Program-made: the position numbers and the translations under genes | Shown here: positions 48,341 to 54,509 of the stretch, piece by piece | Position numbering within the stretch: the first letter of the stretch is position 1 | How the letters are laid out: the number at the start of each line of letters is the position of its first letter | Source of the DNA: a virus | Taxonomy: Duplodnaviria > Caudoviricetes | Virus record (IMG/VR): IMGVR_UViG_3300025617_000962 | Span: 1 to 54,509 of that record | Strand: one strand, 5' to 3' | Length of the DNA: 54,509 nucleotides | Notes under the pieces: generated by a model | Database searches by the model: none | Told to the model about the DNA's origin: nothing | The model's input: only the letters and a program-made list of their open reading frames with translations

Positions 48341-49228
48341 ATGTCCAAAATAAGAGTTGCAGGAGCACAACTTCCATGCTCTGATAATCTTGATAAAAAT
48401 ATTGCAGACATTAAAGATGCAATTGTATGGGCTAGTAAAAATAAAGTAGATTACTTATTAACACCCGAAGGCAGTCTGTCTGGATATTTTCCAGACTTTG
48501 ACACTCGTTCTGGCAGATCAATACAAGATGTGTATGCTGCTGAAAATGATGTAGTGCAGCATGCTACCAAACATCAAGTAGGGCTGTGTCTTGGAACGAT
48601 GTGGGGAGAAGAAGACAATAAATTTGTAGAAGGATATCGAAGAGAGAATCAAATCAGATTCTATTCAAAAGCTGGTGAATTTTTAGGAAGCACAAACAAA
48701 ACTCTTACAATTCCAGAATACGACCAAACTGTAATTTCTGAAGACATTAAACTAATAGATATCGAAACTAATGGAAATATTTTTTCAGCATCAGGTTTAA
48801 TTTGCAATGATTTTTGGGGAGGGCCTTTAAGTAATAAAAAGTCACTACCAATTTATGTTAAAGAAGATCTGAATGCACAGATTATATTTCATGCCACTAA
48901 TGGATTCAAAGGAGAACTTCCTAACTATGATGAAATTACTAATGCTTGGCACGAAGGTAATTTAAGGATGATGAGTTACATACTTAAAATACCTATTATT
49001 ACTGTCGATAGCTGTTATAAAATGAACGGTGAAGCATATACCGGCAGTACTAGCAGTCAAAGCGGAATTTTATTGTATGGAATGTGGAAAGTTAAAGCAC
49101 CTAGGCAAGGCATACAATATTTTTATTACGATTTTGATTATCAAGAATTGATAAATTCTAATCTAAATAAAAATCCAGATCAAGAACAATTAGATTTAAA
49201 TCCCTTTATTGGAGGAACAACAGCATGA
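48341..49228 (+). CDS. carbon-nitrogen hydrolase, paralog 2
   Basis: YLLTPEGSLSGY, NK and LICNDFWG. Confidence 0.8.
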   Translation: MSKIRVAGAQLPCSDNLDKNIADIKDAIVWASKNKVDYLLTPEGSLSGYFPDFDTRSGRSIQDVYAAENDVVQHATKHQVGLCLGTMWGEEDNKFVEGYRRENQIRFYSKAGEFLGSTNKTLTIPEYDQTVISEDIKLIDIETNGNIFSASGLICNDFWGGPLSNKKSLPIYVKEDLNAQIIFHATNGFKGELPNYDEITNAWHEGNLRMMSYILKIPIITVDSCYKMNGEAYTGSTSSQSGILLYGMWKVKAPRQGIQYFYYDFDYQELINSNLNKNPDQEQLDLNPFIGGTTA

Positions 49229-49947
49229 CTACTTCAGAAGAAAAACAAGAACTAATTGAAACGCTCAAAGGACCACGCTACTATCGTATTCTACTAAATG
49301 GGTACGGTGGTGAAAGTGCTTACATGAGTATTAGCAAAGAAGCACATGACTTTTGGAACGCACATTGCGAAGAACACGGAGACAATGATCTTGTAGAGTA
49401 TATGATTGCAGACCATGTTGAGGATTGTGACTTTGACGAGCTTGACAGTGTACCAGTAGAAGCACAGTTTCTAAACGATCCAGACGACGACGACTATAAG
49501 CGTCCTTGGTACGAATCACACACAGAGTTTGAACACTCGATGGGAGTTGAACTAGGAAGTGCATATCTTGTAGTAGATGAAGTTAGCAGCGATGACTACA
49601 ATGCGGAAGTTGTAGCCGAAGTAATTGACAGAGAAGACCTACAAGAGTATCTAAACGGTATCGAAGAAGAAACTGACTATGCTGTTGAACTTATTGAAAT
49701 GGGCTGTTGCGAAGAACCAGAAGTAGAATACATTGCACAGTTGTACTCGAGCGAGAAAGGTACATTCTTTGACGGACGCATCGAAACTATCGGTGAGTTT
49801 GACCCTAAGAAACTAAAGATCTATACTACAGAATATCTAAACGGTGAAGACACTGTTACAGAAGTACACTACGACGGTGTTGAAGTTGAAAACGACGGTG
49901 GCGATACTAACGGAAAAGGTTATTCTGCGTCAGTTTGGGCGAATTAA
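49225..49947 (+). CDS. acidic hypothetical protein
   Basis: ATGA-coupled; GYGGE and SEKGTFF. Confidence 0.75.
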   Translation: MTTSEEKQELIETLKGPRYYRILLNGYGGESAYMSISKEAHDFWNAHCEEHGDNDLVEYMIADHVEDCDFDELDSVPVEAQFLNDPDDDDYKRPWYESHTEFEHSMGVELGSAYLVVDEVSSDDYNAEVVAEVIDREDLQEYLNGIEEETDYAVELIEMGCCEEPEVEYIAQLYSSEKGTFFDGRIETIGEFDPKKLKIYTTEYLNGEDTVTEVHYDGVEVENDGGDTNGKGYSASVWAN

Positions 49948-50332
49948 CAGTTATCTCTATGAACTCACTTAGAAATACAAAGTGTTTGGCTAGTACAGGG
50001 AACAGTTCTTCGTTCATTCCACTAGCCATGTCATATGATGTAGAGCCAATATCTTGATAGTACCTGCGATTAATACCGTGACGTGCTTTGAGCTTAGGAA
50101 ATGCTCCGCTTACGAACAAGCAAGTATCGCCCAGTTGTTTGGCTTGTCTAGCATCTTTGATAGAGAGGAACATTTCAGCAAATGTTGAGTCAGGCGGAAT
50201 ATCATTACGATCTACGAACTCACTCAGTAGCATCACAATATAAGCCTCTATATGATGCGGTAGTTCCATGCCTGACTTGGCTTGTGAATCTTTTACAACA
50301 TCATAGAAGGCGGTGGTATAAGCATCCTTCAT
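49907..50332 (-). CDS. hypothetical late protein, probably leaderless
   Basis: ATG lies 5 nt after a minus-strand TAAATA (50343-50338); LGDTCLF..G..P...YY..IG..SY. Confidence 0.7.
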   Translation of the reverse strand: MKDAYTTAFYDVVKDSQAKSGMELPHHIEAYIVMLLSEFVDRNDIPPDSTFAEMFLSIKDARQAKQLGDTCLFVSGAFPKLKARHGINRRYYQDIGSTSYDMASGMNEELFPVLAKHFVFLSEFIEITVNSPKLTQNNLFR

Positions 50333-50356
50333 ATAAGTATTTAGCAAGGAAATAAT

Positions 50357-50629
50357 ATGAATACTATGAATACTATGGATAAAATGAAAATGACACCGTT
50401 AGAAATTTCAGAGTATAAGATGCGGTGGAAGCCAGGATTTCAGGTTGACGTACACAGTGATTTGGATGTACAATGTAAAGCATGGTGTAGAGGAAATCTA
50501 AACCGTTGGGAGTGGAGCATGGACACGTATACAGATGTGTACAGTCACAGTTTCTACTTTGAAGAAGAACAGACGGCAGCAGAGTTTACTCGCAAGTTTG
50601 AAGATTGGGTAGACAAAGGTAAAGGCTAA
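50357..50629 (+). CDS. hypothetical protein
   Basis: AAGGA SD. Confidence 0.7.
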   Translation: MNTMNTMDKMKMTPLEISEYKMRWKPGFQVDVHSDLDVQCKAWCRGNLNRWEWSMDTYTDVYSHSFYFEEEQTAAEFTRKFEDWVDKGKG

Positions 50630-51123
50630 TGGTAGATATTAACGATATGGCAGACGAACACAAAAAACGTGAAAAGGCATTGGACGCTCTTGCAGAGATT
50701 GGGCAAGAGATGGAAAAGTCTCGCAAAGCATACGAAGCTGAAAATGATGCTTGGTGGAATGGACTCTCTGAGAAAGAACGTGAAGATGCGTTCTACGCTG
50801 TGTGCAAGCGTATCTGGAAAGCGGACGGCATCGACAACGGCTCATATCGTTATGGCTTGTACGATGTGTTTGGCTTTGACCCGGGCATGTATAAAGCAGG
50901 CATGGACTGTGGTTATATGGCTATTCACAATGCTATCTTCGACGGCGAAGAACTACAGCGCATGAAAGGTGTGACTCGTTTCGAAGTTATTGACGACTCT
51001 GGCCGAGCATATGTAAAGTACTTGCACAGAGATCAAGGCGAAAAGATCAAGTACGATCTACAAGATGATGATAGAACACTAAAAGTGTTTATTGACAAAC
51101 AACGTTGGAAAGAAGACTTATGA
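50629..51123 (+). CDS. hypothetical protein
   Basis: TAATG-coupled. Confidence 0.7.
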   Translation: MVDINDMADEHKKREKALDALAEIGQEMEKSRKAYEAENDAWWNGLSEKEREDAFYAVCKRIWKADGIDNGSYRYGLYDVFGFDPGMYKAGMDCGYMAIHNAIFDGEELQRMKGVTRFEVIDDSGRAYVKYLHRDQGEKIKYDLQDDDRTLKVFIDKQRWKEDL

Positions 51124-51518
51124 AAGTTGGATTAAGCCTTAGTCGCTGTATGCGAGATATTGTAGAAGCACGAGTAGACTATGATGATGTACTAGTAATT
51201 ATTGCTCGCACAGACTTTGATCCGCACAATGATGCACACTGGAATGCAATCTGGGACGGATACCGCTACGGTGGAATGAGCAACCCTGAATGGGCAGGAG
51301 CAGAACCTAATGCAACAGACGAAGAAGCAAGCGAAATTTATCGCAACGTAGCTATTCGATTGTACGACGGTGGTAAGTTTCATCAGCCACGACAGTTCGG
51401 TGCTCATCCTGCTCGCTTGCCTTACTACTGGCTAGAGTGTGTTGTGCCTGAAGAAGAACATAATCCTGCACAACAGAAAGCATGGGATAACTACAAGTTA
51501 ATTACGGACCTAGCATAA
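51120..51518 (+). CDS. hypothetical protein
   Basis: ATGA-coupled; GKFHQPR motif. Confidence 0.7.
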   Translation: MKVGLSLSRCMRDIVEARVDYDDVLVIIARTDFDPHNDAHWNAIWDGYRYGGMSNPEWAGAEPNATDEEASEIYRNVAIRLYDGGKFHQPRQFGAHPARLPYYWLECVVPEEEHNPAQQKAWDNYKLITDLA

Positions 51519-51730
51519 TGACATTACCAATTGAACGTACAAACGCAGTATTAAATGTAGAACGATTCCTAATGGACTTACGGGATCCTAAGAAGTATCC
51601 ACGAGTACCAAGCGAAGTGAGAAAGCAGGCAAGTAGCCTACTCAAGCACTATCCTCGCAAGTTTGATATGGTGGATCCTGCGGAAAGTTTTGAACCTATT
51701 ACAGAATGGTCATATGAAAAGGAAGAATAA
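51518..51730 (+). CDS. small hypothetical protein
   Basis: MTLPIERT...PRVP..VR..A..LLKHYP. Confidence 0.7.
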   Translation: MTLPIERTNAVLNVERFLMDLRDPKKYPRVPSEVRKQASSLLKHYPRKFDMVDPAESFEPITEWSYEKEE

Positions 51731-52869
51731 TGGATCAAAGAATTAATAACATTCTTGCAAAAGAAACAGATAGACAACATCAAACAGTAGAACTTATTGC
51801 TAGTGAAAACTTTGCAAGCGAAGCAGTTATGCAATTGGCTGGTTCAGTGTTTACTAACAAGTATGCAGAAGGATATCCTGGCAAGCGTTACTACAACGGT
51901 TGCGAACATATGGACGAAATTGAAACACTTGCAATTGACACACTGAAAGATCTGTACGGCTGTGAGTTTGCTAATGTGCAACCACACTGTGGTGCTAATG
52001 CCAACACAGCAATCTATCTTGCTTTCCTAAATCCAGGCGATAAAATACTAGGCATGGACCTAGCAAGTGGCGGACACCTGTCGCATGGAGCCCCTGTAAA
52101 TATTTCTGGCAAAGTGTATGAAGCACATCACTATGGTGTAGATGAAGCAGGTTGGCTGGACTATGATGCTATTGCTCGTCAAGCATTTGAAGTACAGCCT
52201 AAAATTATTGTTGCAGGTGCAAGTGCGTATCCACGTGAAATTGACTGGGCAAAGTTCCGTGCTATTGCTGACACTGTAGGAGCATATCTATTGGTTGACA
52301 TGGCACACTACTCAGGATTGATTGCAGGCGGAGCGTATCCAAGCCCAGTACCGTATGCAGACTTTGTTACCAGTACCACGCACAAAACACTACGTGGCCC
52401 GCGCGGCGGCATTATCTTATGGAACAATCCAGACTACACTCGTAAGATCAACAGTGCTATCTTTCCAGGTACACAAGGCGGCCCGTTGATGAATATTATT
52501 GCCGCTAAAGCACAGGCGTTTGTAGAAGCTAATACAAGCGAGTTTAAGCAGTACAGCGCAGACGTAGTACGCAACGCTAAGGCTATGTGTGACGTGCTTA
52601 GACAGCGCGGTATGACGGTGCAAACAGGTGGTACTAACTCGCATATTATTCTTGTTAACCTAAGTGACAGCAAGCACAGTGGACGCGAAGCAGCTGACTT
52701 ATTGGAAGCAAACGGCATCACTGTAAACAAGAATGGTATTCCTAATGATCCACGCAGTTTTGTAGAGACCAGTGGTATTCGTTTGGGAACAGCAGCAGAA
52801 ACTACTCGTGGACACGATGAAATGTGGTTCCGCAAACTAGCACATAAGATAGCAGATATTTTGGAGTAA
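51730..52869 (+). CDS. glyA: serine hydroxymethyltransferase
   Basis: LIASEN, NKYAEGYPGKRYY, GGHLSHG, TTHKTLRGPRGG. Confidence 0.96.
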   Translation: MDQRINNILAKETDRQHQTVELIASENFASEAVMQLAGSVFTNKYAEGYPGKRYYNGCEHMDEIETLAIDTLKDLYGCEFANVQPHCGANANTAIYLAFLNPGDKILGMDLASGGHLSHGAPVNISGKVYEAHHYGVDEAGWLDYDAIARQAFEVQPKIIVAGASAYPREIDWAKFRAIADTVGAYLLVDMAHYSGLIAGGAYPSPVPYADFVTSTTHKTLRGPRGGIILWNNPDYTRKINSAIFPGTQGGPLMNIIAAKAQAFVEANTSEFKQYSADVVRNAKAMCDVLRQRGMTVQTGGTNSHIILVNLSDSKHSGREAADLLEANGITVNKNGIPNDPRSFVETSGIRLGTAAETTRGHDEMWFRKLAHKIADILE

Positions 52870-52872
52870 ACA

Positions 52873-53061
52873 ATGTACGCTGTAATGGTTTGTCTTGACG
52901 GCAAGGATGATTGGATTTATATTACTAAACAAACAGATCATTGTTGGGACTTACAGCCTGAGCTGTTTGAAGATGCACATGAAGCAATGGAGTTTGCAAA
53001 GACATTCCAGCTGCCTGACAAACCTGAAATGGTAATGGTTGTAGATTATTATGACGAGTAA
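52873..53061 (+). CDS. small hypothetical protein
   Basis: GGAG SD. Confidence 0.6.
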   Translation: MYAVMVCLDGKDDWIYITKQTDHCWDLQPELFEDAHEAMEFAKTFQLPDKPEMVMVVDYYDE

Positions 53062-53218
53062 GTATAAAGTTGCACAAGTTAAATTTAATGGTGGCCGCGG
53101 GGCCTTGCTCTGTGACGGATGTAGTGTTATAATAGCTTATGGATTTGAGCATGAAGACCGCAAGCACTACTGTCCAATGTGTATGAGCGGCAAGTGTACA
53201 ACGAGGAACAAGAAATGA
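53051..53218 (+). CDS. small zinc-finger-like protein (55 aa)
   Basis: Translated by hand; CDGC...CPMC; ATGA-coupled to the next gene. Confidence 0.6.
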   Translation: MTSKYKVAQVKFNGGRGALLCDGCSVIIAYGFEHEDRKHYCPMCMSGKCTTRNKK

Positions 53219-53934
53219 AAGTAAAAATTGGACCGTACGAAAATTGGTTTGGCCCATATCAGCTCGCTGAAAAACTTTGCTTCTGGGCAAAGAAAGAAAA
53301 GGACGAATATGGCATTCCTCGTAAGCCAGACTGGGTACATAAGTTTGGTGAATGGCTTGCTCACGGTAGCGTAGAGCCCGATCCTGAAGTAGGTGACGTC
53401 CGCAGCTGGGATCGTGAGCGTCATCACACTCTGCTAAGTCGTTTCCTAAACTGGATTCACAGCAAACAAGAACGTACAATCAAAGTACACATTGATCGCT
53501 GGGACACATGGAGCATGGATAATACACTTGCACACATTATCCTGCCTATGCTTGTACAGCTGAAAGCTACCAAGCACGGTGCTCCTTATGTTGATTTGAA
53601 AGATGTTCCTAAAGAACTGCACGGTAAGAAACTTACCAAGAAGCAGAAAGATAACGGCGAAGTAGATGACAAACACTTTGAACGCTGGGACTGGGTGTTG
53701 GACGAAATGATCTTTGCGTTTGAAACTAAAGTAGATGACGGACGCTGGGAAGAACAGTTTGAAACTGGTGAAAGCGATATACAGTGGAAGAAACTGGAAG
53801 ATGGCATGAGTGAAATGGTTCGTGGACCTAATGATACCAAAGAGTATGATTGGGAAGGTAGAAAGAAATATCAAGAACGTATAAGTAACGGTTTCCGTTT
53901 GTTCGGAAAATATTTTGAAAATCTCTGGGATTAG
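53215..53934 (+). CDS. hypothetical phage protein
   Basis: GAGG SD; WDTWSMD.TLA.II.P.L...KHG.P motif. Confidence 0.75.
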   Translation: MKVKIGPYENWFGPYQLAEKLCFWAKKEKDEYGIPRKPDWVHKFGEWLAHGSVEPDPEVGDVRSWDRERHHTLLSRFLNWIHSKQERTIKVHIDRWDTWSMDNTLAHIILPMLVQLKATKHGAPYVDLKDVPKELHGKKLTKKQKDNGEVDDKHFERWDWVLDEMIFAFETKVDDGRWEEQFETGESDIQWKKLEDGMSEMVRGPNDTKEYDWEGRKKYQERISNGFRLFGKYFENLWD

Positions 53935-53936
53935 AA

Positions 53937-54317
53937 ATGAGCGAAGAACAAGCAAGAGAAGAATATCAAGAAGAAAGTTCAGCAAGCAGAGCTACCAAGC
54001 TCGCAATGGAACTGTCTAAAGAACGCAAACGACTCAAACAAGAACTTGCCGAACTGCAAACAGAAGTAGAGGATCTAACGCCTACTACGCCTACTGGTAC
54101 AGTTGACTGGTATGTTAAGTGGGTTGCAATGATACTTGCTGTGTTCGGAGTATTCTCTATTAGCGCAGGCTTTACAGTCTACGGACAAGTTGCATATATT
54201 CTCAGCTCAATAGGCTGGGTGTATGTAGGCATGGCTTGGAGCGATCGTGCAATTATGATCGGCTCGAGCATCTCAGGCACAGCAGTTGCTATGAATTTAG
54301 TAACAACATTAGTATAA
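53937..54317 (+). CDS. membrane protein with N-terminal coiled coil
   Basis: Three hydrophobic segments. Confidence 0.7.
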   Translation: MSEEQAREEYQEESSASRATKLAMELSKERKRLKQELAELQTEVEDLTPTTPTGTVDWYVKWVAMILAVFGVFSISAGFTVYGQVAYILSSIGWVYVGMAWSDRAIMIGSSISGTAVAMNLVTTLV

Positions 54318-54380
54318 AAACAGTATATTTCTTAGGCACACATTAGCATAACTACATAGCTAAGGCACACTCACAGGCAA

Positions 54381-54509
54381 AACAGAACTCCGTTTGATCG
54401 AGGTCGCTCGATTCGTCAAGAACCAGCCGAGGTAATGCTCGTCGCCGGTGGTGTGGCGTGTTCACCCCTTTGCGAAAGCAAACATCTCCTAAACACTATA
54501 ACACTAGGA
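54381..54509. ncRNA. GC-rich multi-hairpin non-coding element of unknown class
   Basis: Several perfect stems in an ORF-free region; may continue past the window end. Confidence 0.35.

Noticed and set aside
54365-54450. Glycine riboswitch, suggested by CTCACAGGCAAAA and nearby glyA
   Set aside because: Lacks the GGAGA and CCGAAG core in the right order, and lies downstream of glyA.

Overview
A 54.5 kb segment of a large lytic T4-like (jumbo, myovirus-type) phage genome, standard genetic code, mostly + strand. The host is probably a marine alphaproteobacterium (Rhodobacteraceae-like), inferred from the circularly permuted two-piece tmRNA, an alpha-type porin, pseudoazurin, a DUF1127 protein and hemO plus a PcyX-like bilin reductase. 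Two promoter classes are visible: T4-like late TAAATA boxes and sigma70-like TTGAC-N16/17-TAnnnT. Gene content: virion and internal-head proteins with a shared N-terminal targeting motif; nucleotide metabolism (nrdA, nrdB, glutaredoxin, guaC, glyA); proteostasis and translation (groES, groEL, sHsp, clpS, bS21, tmRNA); redox (alternative oxidase, NfuA-like, peroxiredoxin, cupredoxin); four peptidoglycan hydrolases; and a secreted/envelope cluster. The strongest candidates for undescribed biology are: (1) a hidden layer of +1-frame nested genes with their own Shine-Dalgarno (SD) sites inside nrdA, guaC and other genes; (2) an A-AAA-AAG -1 frameshift joining two head-protein ORFs; (3) promoter-embedded hairpin/terminators that would silence read-through RNA but not locally initiated RNA; (4) paired ROSE-like thermometer leaders; (5) several unexplained structured RNAs. 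All product calls come from motifs recognised by eye; no database searches were run.
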